From NCBI GenBank assembly GCA_963763775.1, contig CAVXPZ010000003.1:736001-800000 (forward strand): DNA of 64,000 bases. The letters are read 5' to 3'. The position numbers and the translations under genes are program-made. Positions within the stretch are counted from its first letter, which is position 1, and the number at the start of each line of letters is the position of its first letter. Source of the stretch: an uncultured Chloroflexia bacterium (GTDB lineage Bacteria > Chloroflexota > Limnocylindria > Limnocylindrales > CSP1-4). Under the pieces are notes generated by a model that worked only from the letters and a program-made list of their open reading frames with translations, made no database searches and was not told the DNA's origin. Of the stretch, positions 30,919 through 42,541 are shown one piece after another.

Positions 30919-32323
30919 CTAGGCCGTGATCCGCCGGTATCGCCGGCCGATGAGCCAGTAGGCCGGGATCGAGGCCAAGGCCGTCGCGAGCGACGCCGCC
31001 TCCCCGTCGCGCGTCTCGAGGGCGAGGAGTCCGTCAGTCGAGGAGGCGCTCGCCGGTCGGGCATCCACCTCCGCGAGGTCGATCGCGATCCGTCCGGGCT
31101 CCGCGGCGCCCAGCGAGGCGATGAGCCCGTCCGGCCGCGCATCCGCCTCGAACTCCGCGCGGATCTCCGCCTCGGCACGCCACGTCGGCTGGCGCAGCAG
31201 GATGGCTCGCCAGGCATCGGCGATCGCGGACGTCACGGTCCCGTCACCCGGACCGGGGGTCGACGCGATGGACTCGCCGCGGGCCCAGCGGGCGGCCTGG
31301 TGGAGGAGCGCATATTCGTCGAGGTCGGCGAAGACCGGCAGGTTCTCGGCAGGTGAGGCGTCGCCGACCAGCGCCCGGACGGACGGCCCGAAGACCGCCG
31401 CGAGGTCGAGGTCGATCGCACGCACCGTGCGGTGGAAGTACACCTGTTGGTACATGAACCGGCGGGCCGTCAGGAAGATCTCGAGCGCGCCCAGCCCCGG
31501 CTCATACAGGGTCAGTCCGCGGGACGAGATGAACGTGTACCGGCGCAGCCGCTCGACGTCGATCGGCCCGACCGAGACGCCCGTCAGATAGGCGTCGCGC
31601 CGGACATAGTCGAGGTTGTCCACGGTGAAGACACCGCTGAGCAGCGGCTGGAGCCAGCGCAGCCACTGCGGCATCGTCGCGTCGACGATGGCGGGCTTCG
31701 AGATGAGGTACGCCACCCAGCGAGGGTCGATCACCTCGTCCGTCGAGAGCGCGTCGCGCTCGGGCACGGAGCCCGGGGCGCGACGGAGGCCGCGGATCAG
31801 CGGCCCGAGCTCGTCTTCGATGATGCGGCCGGACAGGTCTTCGTGGGTGAGGCGCTTCGCCTTTCGGCCGGCGCGGGTCCGCGGGCGCCTCGAAGGCGGC
31901 GAGGACGTGGTCATCGAAGAAGTGGGCGAACGGCCCGTGCCCGACGTCGTGAAGCAGCCCGGCGACGCGCATCGTCTCGACGACGAGCCCCTCCGACGGG
32001 ATCGGCTGGCCGGCCGCCTGGAGCTCCGCGCGAAGACTCGGGTACAGCGACCGAGCCCAGGTGCCCGCCTCGTGCATGACCCCGAGGCCGTGAGTGAACC
32101 GCGAGTGCTCGGCGGTGGGGAAGACCCAGCGAGCGCTCTGGAGCTGGCTGATCCGCCGGAGTCGCTGGACCCACGCGGTGTCCAGCAGGTCCTGTTCGGC
32201 GACGTCTTCGTCGGCGAGCCCGGCCGCAGCGGACTCGGCGGCGGTGAGGCGCTTCGTGAGGTCGATGTACCCGTGGATCGGGTCCGAGATCAGGTTGACC
32301 GCGATGAAGCGCCGCGTGCGCAC
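30919..32323 (-). CDS. HD-domain phosphohydrolase, dNTP triphosphohydrolase-like (frameshift near 31860)
   Basis: DPIHGYI, QRLRRISQL, HSRFTHGLG, LLHDVGHGPFAH, DNLDYVRRD and MYQQVYFH. Confidence 0.9.
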
Positions 32324-32327
32324 CGGG

Positions 32328-33101
32328 TCAGGGGACCCGTAACCGCAGTTCCGGGGACCAGCTGCCGATGTTGCCGGCCCGGTCCCGGGCGCGGACACGC
32401 AGGCCATAGGTGTGCCCGCCCGAAAGACCGCCCCACGCTCTCGACGTGGCTGTGGTGTTCCGCGCGACGGTCCGCCACGGACCCGACCCGACGCGGGTCT
32501 GGACGTCGAACGATCTCAGCCCGGCAGTGTGCGTCTGGAGGACCGGATCCGACCCATGCCACGACCATCTGGCCTGGCTGCCGTTGGTCGAGAGCCCGTC
32601 GATCTTGGCCCCGGGTTTCGTCATGTCCCGCGATTCGGTGAAGATCAGCGAGCCGAACGTCTTGTTGCCGCTGGCGCGATACGCGAGCCCGACGCCGATG
32701 TAGTTGTAGGTCGGGCTGAGGATCAACTTCCAGTGCATCGGACTCGCCTTCCACATCCGGAAGAGGTCGCTGATGGCGGCCTGTCCGCGGCGTGTCCTCG
32801 TGTACCCGATGTCCTCGCCATACCCGTACCACGGCACGTTCCTGGCCTTGAGCTGGGACGCGATGCTGCCCGCCACGGAATGGCTCAGGACGTTCGTCGA
32901 GGCCATCCGCGCGGCACGGTACCCGGCGATCGCCCACGGTCCGGAGGCGTAGCGCAAGGGCTTCAGTCCGTGCTCCGTTCGAGCCCCGTTGATCATGTCC
33001 ATGAGGTCACGTTCGAGGTCGAAATTGGAGGTCGCCGCCTGGGCGGGATGGGCCGAGACGGTCAGGGCAAGGACGGCCAACAGGCCTGCGAGCACTTTCA
33101 T
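32328..33101 (-). CDS. secreted CAP (SCP) domain protein with FN3-like C-terminus
   Basis: Signal peptide; INGART, LSHS, GEDIG, WKASPMHWKLIL; RVRARDRAGN. Confidence 0.88.
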   Translation of the reverse strand: MKVLAGLLAVLALTVSAHPAQAATSNFDLERDLMDMINGARTEHGLKPLRYASGPWAIAGYRAARMASTNVLSHSVAGSIASQLKARNVPWYGYGEDIGYTRTRRGQAAISDLFRMWKASPMHWKLILSPTYNYIGVGLAYRASGNKTFGSLIFTESRDMTKPGAKIDGLSTNGSQARWSWHGSDPVLQTHTAGLRSFDVQTRVGSGPWRTVARNTTATSRAWGGLSGGHTYGLRVRARDRAGNIGSWSPELRLRVP

Positions 33102-34100
33102 CTAGGGATGGTAACGGCTCGCGGCCCTTCTGTGTGTGGCCCCCACATCCGCCCGGAGACCGGGCGGTTCGAGGACCTCGACATCGTCGCCCCAGGACAG
33201 GATCCAGAGCCGGATCTCGATGGTCCCGGCGACCGTCGCACGCCATCGGAGGGACCCGTCGGGCTCGGTCGAGACCGCCTGCGTCGGGTGCCAGACCGTC
33301 TCGCTGACGCGTGCCGCGACCCCTGGCGTGAAGCGCAGGACGATGTCGGTCGCGGGCTGGTCCGCGATGATGTCCCACGCTCGGCGCAGCTCCGCGGTGG
33401 TCCCTGCGGGGTCCGGCGCATCGAACGACTGCGGCGTCAGCGACACCGATTCGATGCGCTCGATCTTGAACGTCCGGATCGCCTCGCGCTCCTCGTCGAA
33501 CCCGATCAGGTAGAGCGCGTGCGTCTGCAGCGACGGCTCGATGAGGTACGGCCGGACCGTCGCCTTGCGCGGCTTCGCCCCACCCTCGTACCGGGCCGGC
33601 CGGTAGTGGATGGTCACGACGCGGCGCTCCGCCCAGGCCTTGGTCAGCAGCCGGACATGTCCGGCGAAATCGGGGTCCCGAGGCGCCATCGTCATGACGT
33701 CGAGCGTCCGCTCGACGTACTCCGCGAGGGCCGGTGGCAGGCCCACCGCCAGCTTCTCGAAGGCGGCCGCGAGGTCGGGGTCGTACTTGTCCGCGTAGCG
33801 GACCATCAGGCGGGCGGACAGGACCACGGCCATGGCCTCGGCCTGGGTCAGCTTGAGCGGTGGGAGGAACGCCTTCTCCTGGTCGATGCCCCAGCGGCCG
33901 CCGTCGGCCCAGACGGGGACGATCTCCTCGTCGATGGCCTTGAGGTCGCGGTACACGGTCCGCACCGACATCCCCACCCGCTCGGCCAGCTCGGCCGTGC
34001 GCATGCCGTCCGGGTGCGCCTGGAGGAGGCCCATCAGCCGGGTCATGCGGGCGAGGCGGTCGCGCTTGGCGCCGTGCCGCTCGGACTCGTCGTGGGTCAT
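33102..34100 (-). CDS. HTH-WYL (PafBC/YafY-like) transcriptional regulator
   Basis: ELAERVGMSVRTVYRDL HTH; PY..., LYLIGFD, RTFKIERI; WILSWGDDVEVLEP. Confidence 0.92.
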   Translation of the reverse strand: MTHDESERHGAKRDRLARMTRLMGLLQAHPDGMRTAELAERVGMSVRTVYRDLKAIDEEIVPVWADGGRWGIDQEKAFLPPLKLTQAEAMAVVLSARLMVRYADKYDPDLAAAFEKLAVGLPPALAEYVERTLDVMTMAPRDPDFAGHVRLLTKAWAERRVVTIHYRPARYEGGAKPRKATVRPYLIEPSLQTHALYLIGFDEEREAIRTFKIERIESVSLTPQSFDAPDPAGTTAELRRAWDIIADQPATDIVLRFTPGVAARVSETVWHPTQAVSTEPDGSLRWRATVAGTIEIRLWILSWGDDVEVLEPPGLRADVGATHRRAASRYHP

Positions 34101-35350
34101 GACGCCGGAGGATAGACGGTCAGGGCGCGGTCCCGTTCCGTCGCCGCGAGCCGGACCTGGATCTCGGCCGTCAGCCCGTCCGGGTCGATGCCCGACGCCT
34201 CGCCGCTCGCGCTCCCGATGACCTGGCCGAGCTGGCCGTCCATGAAGACCCAGTAGTCGAGCTGCCCGCGCCAGCGGTGGAGGTCCGCGTCGCCGACCAG
34301 CAGGCGGACCTGGGGGAACGCGGACTGGAACGTCTTGCCGTCGACCGCGACCCGGCACCGACGCGCCCGGGCCCCCTCGATCACGTCCACCCCGCGATCC
34401 TCGGCGGTCGCCCGGTTCCCGGCGGTGAGGGCGGTGGCGAGCACCTGCATGTCGATGGACTCGTCGGTCACCCGCGTCGGGTCGGTTCGCGCCCACGGTC
34501 GACCCGGGTCGCGCCACCACGTGCTCTCGCCGATCCGGGCGGCGCCGGCCTGCCCGAGCCGCTCGTCCGTGGCGACGTACGCCGACCAGCGGAAGTCGTC
34601 ACCGGAGCGGACCCCGCCGCCCTGCACGCTGCCGATCGGTCGCAGATCCATGGAGCCGGTGAGATCGATGTCGAGCGCGGCGTCCGGGCCGGCGGCGAGT
34701 GGACCGTCGCACAGGGGCGGTTCGCCCGCCGGGTCGGTCGGCCCGAAGCGGGACGACGCGGGGACCGTCCCGCGCACGGCCAGCTCGTTGGCGACGGCCG
34801 CGCCGGTGAACAGGAGCGCCGACCCGACGGTCAGCAGGACGGCGATGAACGCCCCGTCGACGAACCGCCGGCGTCGCAGGGCCGTCGCGCCGCGTAGCCG
34901 CCGGCTGATGCCGAGGCCGCTGAACAGGCTGGTCGCCAGCAGCGCCAGGATCCAGGGGTAGGCCGCCTCGAGCGACGGCAGCAGGGTCTGCGAGCCAAGG
35001 GCCTGGAGCTGCTGGATCAGCCCGGTGATGGAGGGCAGGAGACACAGCAGGGCGCCGATCCCGAGCCAGATCATCGCGGCGAACGCGTGGCTCCCGCGCG
35101 TGACCGGCGGCCACACCGTGCCCGCCACCGCGATGAGGATCGGGATCGCCATCGTCAGCCCGACGAGGACGTCGAGCGGGCCGCCGGGTCGGTAGGCGAG
35201 GAGCACGAGGCCGAACGCGACCGTCCAGCCCGCCACGAGGGCCGTACCGACCAACCGCAACTCGAACCGCCGGACCCGCACGCTCGCGAGTCTACCGGCC
35301 AGGCCGGGCACCGGCGCCCGGTGCGTCGACGCAAGTACCGGGGCACCCAT
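34097..35350 (-). CDS. hypothetical membrane protein
   Basis: About 5 N-terminal TM segments and a soluble C-terminal domain; ATGA overlap with the WYL gene; start approximate. Confidence 0.7.
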   Translation of the reverse strand: MGAPVLASTHRAPVPGLAGRLASVRVRRFELRLVGTALVAGWTVAFGLVLLAYRPGGPLDVLVGLTMAIPILIAVAGTVWPPVTRGSHAFAAMIWLGIGALLCLLPSITGLIQQLQALGSQTLLPSLEAAYPWILALLATSLFSGLGISRRLRGATALRRRRFVDGAFIAVLLTVGSALLFTGAAVANELAVRGTVPASSRFGPTDPAGEPPLCDGPLAAGPDAALDIDLTGSMDLRPIGSVQGGGVRSGDDFRWSAYVATDERLGQAGAARIGESTWWRDPGRPWARTDPTRVTDESIDMQVLATALTAGNRATAEDRGVDVIEGARARRCRVAVDGKTFQSAFPQVRLLVGDADLHRWRGQLDYWVFMDGQLGQVIGSASGEASGIDPDGLTAEIQVRLAATERDRALTVYPPAS

Positions 35351-35601
35351 GACCGCCGGGTCATCGCGGGTGCCGCCGTCCCGGCAGGAACATGCGCGGA
35401 CCGCACCCAAGCGGACCGTGAAACACACAGCCACGGGCACGGGGGATCGATTGCGTCATGGCCGGACAGGCACCGCGCGGATCACGGGGACACGGGCGAC
35501 CATCTCGCCGCGCCTCGTCCTGGGCGGCTCCCTCGCCGTCCGTGGCCGCGCCTGGTCCCGCCTCCACCTCGCCCAGCCGGCGGACGACACGCGAACGGCC
35601 G

Positions 35602-35814
35602 ATGACCCCCGCGACCCGGCGGACGTTTCGATCGCTGACGGCCCTCGGCATGACGCCTGAGGAAGCCGCCAACCTGACCGCCTTCCTGTGCGGCCTCCCC
35701 GTGGAAGGCACGCACTGGTCGATCCGGCAGGTCAACCAGCTCCTCTTCCTTCGCGAACTCCGACGGACCGGGCGGTTCGGCCGGATGGACGGGCGGTCAG
35801 CCCGCCCGCACTGA
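35602..35814 (+). CDS. small hypothetical protein (start may be further upstream)
   Basis: MTPATRRTFRSLTALGMTPEEAANLTAFLCGLP...WSIRQVNQLLFLREL with GC3-biased codons. Confidence 0.6.
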   Translation: MTPATRRTFRSLTALGMTPEEAANLTAFLCGLPVEGTHWSIRQVNQLLFLRELRRTGRFGRMDGRSARPH

Positions 35815-36073
35815 CCCTTCGTATCGACCGGCCCCGACGGCGAATCCCTCCTCCCGTCGTCAGGGCCACTCCGTCGAAGCGGCGCCGAGCCTCCTCCCGG
35901 CGCCGCTTCGGCACGTCAGGCGCGGGCGACGGCACCGGTCACGCGCCGTGGGCGAGACGGTGGGGTCTAGGGTGGTTTAGTGTTGTCGACTGAGCGCGCC
36001 CGCCGTGTCAGTCCAACGGGTCTCGGGGCCCGACTGACAGGCATCTGCCGTTCCGGCTCGAAGGAGCGGATCC

Positions 36074-36737
<664 letters not shown>

Positions 36738-36836
36738 TCCGGGCACGTCGATCAGGCCGGCCGGCGTAGCCGTCCGGCCACGCTCCTCGGCGCCGCTTCG
36801 GCGCGCCAGGGCCCGGCGCTTGGGTACCATCGGCCG

Positions 36837-37664
36837 ATGAGCCGACCCGTCATCACCTTCACCACCGATTTCGGTCCTGCTGCACCGGCCGTCTGCCGCG
36901 GCGTGATGTTCCGGATGTGCCCCGACGCCAACATCATCGATGTCAACCACCAGGTCCCGCGCTACTCCATCCGCGACGGGGCCGGGACGCTGGTGTTCGC
37001 GCTGCCGCACATGCCCGTCGGCACCCATGTGGCGGTCGTGGACCCAGGTGTCGGGACCGAACGTCTGCCCGTTGCTCTGAAGGTCGCTCGGGGCGACGTC
37101 CTCATCGGCCCGGACAACGGCTTGCTGATCGCGGCCGCGGACGCGCTCGGCGGGGTCGTGGAGGCGCGGGCCATCGAGAACCGTGACCTGATGCTCCCGG
37201 TCGTCACCTCGAGCTTCCATGGGCGCGACATCTTCGCGCCCGTCGCCGGTCACCTCGCCGCCGGGGCGCCGTACGAATCGGTGGGGCCGACGATCGCCAT
37301 CGACGGCCTCACCCGGCTGCCCGAGGTCCGCCCTGTGATCGGCGACGGCGTCCTGGACACGACCATCGTCCACGTCCTGATCTACGGCAACGTGACGTTC
37401 GCCGGGACGCCGGCCGACCTCGAGGCCGCGATCGGCCCGCTGGTCGCCGGACGACCACTCCTGCTCGAGTTCGCGCCGCACGGGTCATCGCCGGCCATCG
37501 TCGAGCGGACGATCTGGGAACGGACCTTCGGCCAGGTGCCGCTCGGCGCGTCGCTGCTGATGGCCGATTCGGAGGGGCATCTGTCGCTCGCCGACAACCA
37601 GGGCGATGCCGCCAAACGCCTCGGTCTCGCCCTGGACCGACCCGTCCGGATCCGGCCGGCCTGA
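36837..37664 (+). CDS. DUF62 SAM hydrolase / SAM-dependent halogenase family protein, copy 1
   Basis: TTDFG, VVDPGVGTER, GPDNGLL and SSFHGRDIFAP. Confidence 0.92.
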   Translation: MSRPVITFTTDFGPAAPAVCRGVMFRMCPDANIIDVNHQVPRYSIRDGAGTLVFALPHMPVGTHVAVVDPGVGTERLPVALKVARGDVLIGPDNGLLIAAADALGGVVEARAIENRDLMLPVVTSSFHGRDIFAPVAGHLAAGAPYESVGPTIAIDGLTRLPEVRPVIGDGVLDTTIVHVLIYGNVTFAGTPADLEAAIGPLVAGRPLLLEFAPHGSSPAIVERTIWERTFGQVPLGASLLMADSEGHLSLADNQGDAAKRLGLALDRPVRIRPA

Positions 37665-37669
37665 CCCGG

Positions 37670-38497
37670 ATGGCCGGGCCGTTCATCTCGTTCCTGACCG
37701 ACTTCGGCGGCGCGTTCGCCCCGGCCATCTGCCGGGGCGTCCTCTGGTCGATCGCGCCGGACGCGCGGATCCTCGATCTCACGCATGCCGTGCGGCCGTT
37801 CGCGGTCCGCGACGGGGCGTTCCTGCTGTCGCAGGCCGTCGGGTACCTGCCGGTCGGGGTGCACCTGGCCGTCGTCGACCCCGGTGTCGGGACGGCGCGG
37901 CGGCCCATCGCCATCCGGACCGTCCGCGGGGACCATCTGGTCGGGCCGGACAACGGGCTGCTCCGCCCGGCAGCCGAGGTGCTCGGCGGTATCGACGAGG
38001 CCCGCGAGCTGACCAACGACGACCTGTTCCTGCCCCGGGTCTCCAGCACGTTCCACGGCCGCGACCTGTTCGCCCCCGTCGCGGCGCACCTCGCGATGGG
38101 CGTGCCGTTCGAGTCGGTCGGCCCGACCGTGGACCCGGCCTCGCTCGCGGCGCTGGTCCTGCCGGTCCCGGCGGTGCGCGACGGCGGTCTCGACTCGGCG
38201 GTGCTGTTGATCGACCCGTTCGGGAACACCCGGATCGCCGGGCAGCGCGAGGACCTCGAGCGGGTCACCGGGCCGCTCGCGCCGGGGCGGCCGCTGCGGC
38301 TGGCCTTCGCGAACGGGACGACCGTCGAGATGCCGTGGGCGACGACCTTCGGCGAGCGGGCCGTCGGCGAGGCGATGGTCTTCCTCGACGCGGAGAACGA
38401 GGGCCTTGGGATCGCGGTGAACCAGGGGTCGGCCGCGGCGCGGTTCGGGCTCGCGCCGGACGACGTCGTCCGCATCGAGCCGGTCGACCGCCCGTGA
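37670..38497 (+). CDS. DUF62 SAM hydrolase / SAM-dependent halogenase family protein, copy 2
   Basis: LTDFG, VVDPGVGTARR, GPDNGLL, STFHGRDLFAP and IDPFGN. Confidence 0.92.
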   Translation: MAGPFISFLTDFGGAFAPAICRGVLWSIAPDARILDLTHAVRPFAVRDGAFLLSQAVGYLPVGVHLAVVDPGVGTARRPIAIRTVRGDHLVGPDNGLLRPAAEVLGGIDEARELTNDDLFLPRVSSTFHGRDLFAPVAAHLAMGVPFESVGPTVDPASLAALVLPVPAVRDGGLDSAVLLIDPFGNTRIAGQREDLERVTGPLAPGRPLRLAFANGTTVEMPWATTFGERAVGEAMVFLDAENEGLGIAVNQGSAAARFGLAPDDVVRIEPVDRP

Positions 38498-40272
38498 CCG
38501 AGGTGACGACGTCGGCCGATCCGTCGGCGCCAGCGACGACGGCCCCATCCGATCCGCCGACGGCGACCGTGCCGCTCGTCGAGGTCAGCGGGCTCACGTT
38601 CCGCTATCGGCGCGCCACCGAGCCGGCGATCCGCGACGTCTCGATCACCGTCCACCCGGGCGAGGTCATCCTGGTCGCCGGTCCCTCGGGCTGCGGCAAG
38701 AGCACGCTCATCCGGGCGATCAACGGCCTGATCCCGCACGCGTACCCGGGCGAGATCTCGGGCGAGGTCCGCGTCGCCGGCGAGCTGACCGGGGACATCA
38801 AGCTTCGCGATATCGCGCGGACGATCGGGACCGTGCTCCAGGACCCGGCGAAGCAGATCGTCGGTGCGACCGTCGAGTCCGAGCTCGCGTTCGGTCCGGA
38901 GAACATGGGTGTCCCGCGGGCCGAGATGCGGGAGCGGATCGACCAGGTCGCGGCACGGGCCGGGATCGAGCCGCTGCTCGGTCGCGAGACCCACGCGCTG
39001 TCGGGTGGCGAGCGACAGCTGCTGGCCGTCGCGGGGATCCTGATGATGCAGCCGCGGCTGTACGTGGTCGATGAGCCGTTGGCGAACCTTGATCCGGTGA
39101 CCGCGGAGCGCCTGCTGCAGCTGCTCCGGGCCCTCGCCGACGGCGGCGACGCGGTCCTCATCGTCGAGCATCGGGTCGAGGAAGCGCTCGACCTGCGGCC
39201 CGACCGCGTCCTCTACCTCGAAGAGGGCCGGACCCGCTATCTCGGCGCCGTCGAAGGGTTCCTCGCCATCGCCGACCCGCGGGCCGTCAAGCTGCCATTC
39301 GACGTCATCCTCCAGCACGTCCGCGACCATCCCGAAAGCGCCAGCGACACCGAGCCGTCGGTGGCGCCGACAGCCGTGTCGACCGATCCCTCATCCATGT
39401 CTCTGAGTCGCCTCGAATTCCGAGACGTCCATGCCGCGATCGACGATCACGAGATCCTGCGTGGCGTCGATGCGCGCCTCGGCGCCGATGAGGTCGTCGC
39501 GATCCTCGGTCCGAACGGCTCCGGCAAGACGACCTTGTTCCGGACGGCGATGCGGCTGCTCGGCGTGACGGCCGGGACCATCCTCATCGACGAAACGCCG
39601 TTGGGCGACCGAAAGACCGCGCAGCTCGCGACCGAGTTCGGCTACGTCTTCCAGAGCCCGAGCCAGATGCTGTTCTCGCGGACGGTCGAGGAGGAGGTCC
39701 TCTTCGGGCCTCGGAATCTCAAGCGCGATCCGACGACGTTCGAGGCGCTCCTCGCCGACTGCCTGCAGCGGACGTCGCTGGATGCGGTCGAGGACATCCG
39801 CGAACGACCGCCGCTGGCGCTGTCGTTCGGCCAGCAGAAGCGCCTCGCGCTGGCCATCGCGCTCGCCCTCCGCCCGCCGACCCTCATCCTCGACGAGCCG
39901 TCGGCCGGCCAGGATCATCAGACGGCCAACGCCTTCATGCGGGCGGTCGTCGCGATCCCCGGGCTTCGCAGCCTGTATCTCGTGACCCACGACGTCGACC
40001 TTGCATTGACGTATGCAGACCGTATCCTCTTGTTCAGGGACGGCCGGGTCGTGGCCGACGGTCCCCCGATCGATGTGATCGCGGATGCAGATCGCTGGCG
40101 CGCCTGCAACCTTCGATCCACATCGCTCATGCAGGCCAACCTTCGGTATGGCGTACCGCAGGAGGGATTCCTGGATGCCGAGACACTCGCACGCCGGATC
40201 ATCGCCCTTGGTCCGGATGCGCGCCGGCGATCGGAAGGAGGCCCGGGCGAGGAGCTATTGACCGAGCACTGA
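38494..40272 (+). CDS. ECF transporter fused double ATPase (A-A')
   Basis: Two ABC domains: GPSGCGKS/LSGGE/DEP and GPNGSGKT/LSFGQ/DEP; GTG overlaps the upstream stop. Confidence 0.92.
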   Translation: MTEVTTSADPSAPATTAPSDPPTATVPLVEVSGLTFRYRRATEPAIRDVSITVHPGEVILVAGPSGCGKSTLIRAINGLIPHAYPGEISGEVRVAGELTGDIKLRDIARTIGTVLQDPAKQIVGATVESELAFGPENMGVPRAEMRERIDQVAARAGIEPLLGRETHALSGGERQLLAVAGILMMQPRLYVVDEPLANLDPVTAERLLQLLRALADGGDAVLIVEHRVEEALDLRPDRVLYLEEGRTRYLGAVEGFLAIADPRAVKLPFDVILQHVRDHPESASDTEPSVAPTAVSTDPSSMSLSRLEFRDVHAAIDDHEILRGVDARLGADEVVAILGPNGSGKTTLFRTAMRLLGVTAGTILIDETPLGDRKTAQLATEFGYVFQSPSQMLFSRTVEEEVLFGPRNLKRDPTTFEALLADCLQRTSLDAVEDIRERPPLALSFGQQKRLALAIALALRPPTLILDEPSAGQDHQTANAFMRAVVAIPGLRSLYLVTHDVDLALTYADRILLFRDGRVVADGPPIDVIADADRWRACNLRSTSLMQANLRYGVPQEGFLDAETLARRIIALGPDARRRSEGGPGEELLTEH

Positions 40273-40314
40273 CTCGATATCTCCTTCATCTGACATCCAT
40301 CCTCGGGAGGAAGC

Positions 40315-40889
40315 ATGTCCACCATGACCGCGCAACCCAGTCGCAATCGGCTCTGGGAAGTGACCTCGCGAACCATCGTCTATTCGCCGCCATCGGCGCG
40401 GCCCTCTACGGGATCCTGCTCGTCGCCCAGATCCCGATCCCGGGCAGTACCGTGTCCGTTCGTCCGGCCTTCGCCCTCGTGCCGTTCTTCGGCTACGCGT
40501 TCGGGCCGATCGTCGGCTTCTTCACCGGCCTCGTCGGTAACGGGATCGGCGACCAGATCTCCGGCTGGGGTGCCCTGACCTCGTGGAACTGGAGCATCGC
40601 CAACGGGCTCGTCGGCCTGATCGCCGGCCTTGCCCCGCTGTATCTCGCCAGCTGGGTCGCCGGCAACATCCGACAGCGTGCGATCGGCGGCGCCATCGCC
40701 GGCTCCATCGGCGTGGTCGTCGGCTTCCTGTTCGTCTTCACGGACATCGTGCTCAATGGCTACGACTTCGGGACGGTCCTCACGACCGAGTACCTCCCGG
40801 TCATCATCGGCGACCTGATCGGCACGATCATCCTGGTGCCGATCCTCGTCTACGCCTGGGAACCCGTGAAGGAGCGTCTCGGTCGCTGA
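40315..40889 (+). CDS. ECF transporter S component (frameshift near 40385)
   Basis: GGAGG RBS; RTIVY.AIGAALYG; FGYAFGPIVGFFTGLVGN...WNWSIANGLVG. Confidence 0.85.
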
Positions 40890-40907
40890 CCGGCGCCCTC
40901 CCCGCGC

Positions 40908-41766
40908 ATGAATATCGCTCCGCGATATCTGGGCCGAGGGTCGTGGCTTGCCCGCCGCGACCCTCGCGTCCTGATCCTCGTCATCGTCTTCTTCATCTTC
41001 ACGGTGCTGCAGGTCTGGGACGGGCGTGTCGTCTTCGCGCTCCTGCTCGTTTCGATCGGTCTACTACCGCGCCGCCGGTATCCCGTGGCGGCAGATCCGT
41101 CGGAACTGGGCGGTCGTCTTCGTGTTCATCGGCTTCCTCGTGACCGTGAACACGATCATCGCCGGCGGCGACGTCCAGGGGATCCCGGCGTCCGAGACCA
41201 ACGTCCTCTTCTACATGCCCATCTTCGGAACGCCGATCTCCGCGCAGTCGATCAGCCTCGCCGTCACCCAGCTGATGCGCTACCTCGCGATGGCCACGGT
41301 CGGCTTCCCGCTGGCCTTTGCCGTCGCGCCGGCCGACTTCGGCGTGGCGTTCCACCGGCTCGGCGTCCCGGAGAAGTTCGCCTACGGCATCGACCTGACC
41401 TTCCGGTTCCTGCCCTCGCTCGCGGCTGACCTGCAGACGACCGCGGACGCCCAACGGATCCGCGGGTTCGACTGGACCGAGGGGGCGACCGGGGTCCTCG
41501 GTCGGCTGCGACGATCCGTGCCGGTGGTGGTCCCGACCGTGATCAACGCCATCGCCGGCGCCGAGGACACCATCGATGCGATGGACCTGCGCGGGTTCGG
41601 GACCTCGCGGCGGACGTGGCTTCGGCACCTCGTCTATGAGCGGATGGACTTCCTCGTGATCGGCTTCTTCGCTGCCCTGCTCGTGATCATCACGATCCTC
41701 GGGTTCATGGGGATCACGTCAGTGCTGTGGACCCCGCCGTTCCTCATCGACCTCGCCAACCGATAG
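40908..41766 (+). CDS. ECF transporter T component (frameshift near 41060)
   Basis: SWLARRDPR; LTFRFLP; AQRIRG and AMDLRGF Arg motifs. Confidence 0.9.
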
Positions 41767-41787
41767 GCGGACGGTCCCGGGCCGCGC

Positions 41788-42539
41788 TCAACGATGCGAG
41801 GCGGGCCCGCGAGCGGCGTCGACGAAGACCGAGAACAGCCGCTCGAACGCGCGCGGCGTCGACTCCGTCCGCTCCGGATGGCATTGGACGCCGATGATGA
41901 ACCGGCCATCGGCGGCCTCGAGCCCCTCCACGATCTCGCCGGCCGGGCTGGACGCCCACGCGCTCGCGACCAGTCCCGGCGCCAGGTCGGCGGCGCGCAC
42001 CGCCTGGTGGTGGTACGAGTTGACTGAGAGCGCGCCACCACGGGCGTTCGTCGGGAAGAGGATCCGCGTCAGCCGACTCCCCGGTGCCGGGCGCAGCGGA
42101 TGGGTCGCGGCCGGCCCGTGCCCCCAGCCTGGCCCGGCGTGACCGGCGACGTCCTGCAGGAGTGTCCCGCCCGCGAAGACGTTGATCGCCTGCAGCCCGC
42201 GACAGATCCCGAGTACGGGCAGCGTTCCGGGCCATCGCCGCCGCCCACGCTTCGGCCTCCAGCGGCATCCCGATCGGGCTGGAGGTCCGTGGCGCCGGCC
42301 ACCGGCCGGCCATACCGCGCCGGATCCATGTCCGCGCCGCCACTCAGCAGCAGCCCGTCCATGGCCGCGAGTGCCGCGGCGCGAGGGCCCGCCGCGCTCG
42401 AGGCATCGAGGAGGACCGGTCGGCCGCCGGCGCGTTCGATCGCCGCCGCGTACAGCTCGTTCTTGCGCGTCGTGATGTCCGGCTCGCTGGTCGCCGCCGG
42501 GGCCGCGACGGTGACGACGATGGACGGGGTCGCCGGCAT
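41788..42539 (-). CDS. peptidase C26 / gamma-glutamyl-GABA hydrolase family (frameshifts)
   Basis: DGLLLSGGADMDP, GICRGLQ, VNSYHHQ and GVQCHPE across frames. Confidence 0.85.
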
Positions 42540-42541
42540 GC

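Noticed and set aside
36837-38497. Fluorinase/chlorinase assignment
   Set aside because: Both copies retain the DUF62 hydrolase Asp-Arg-His triad (FHGRD), and there is no halometabolite cluster context.
37606-40272. 888-aa ORF and other long Arg/Pro-rich ORFs in the track
   Set aside because: N-terminal extensions and antisense frames are shadow ORFs of high-GC coding sequence; the real ATPase starts at 38494.
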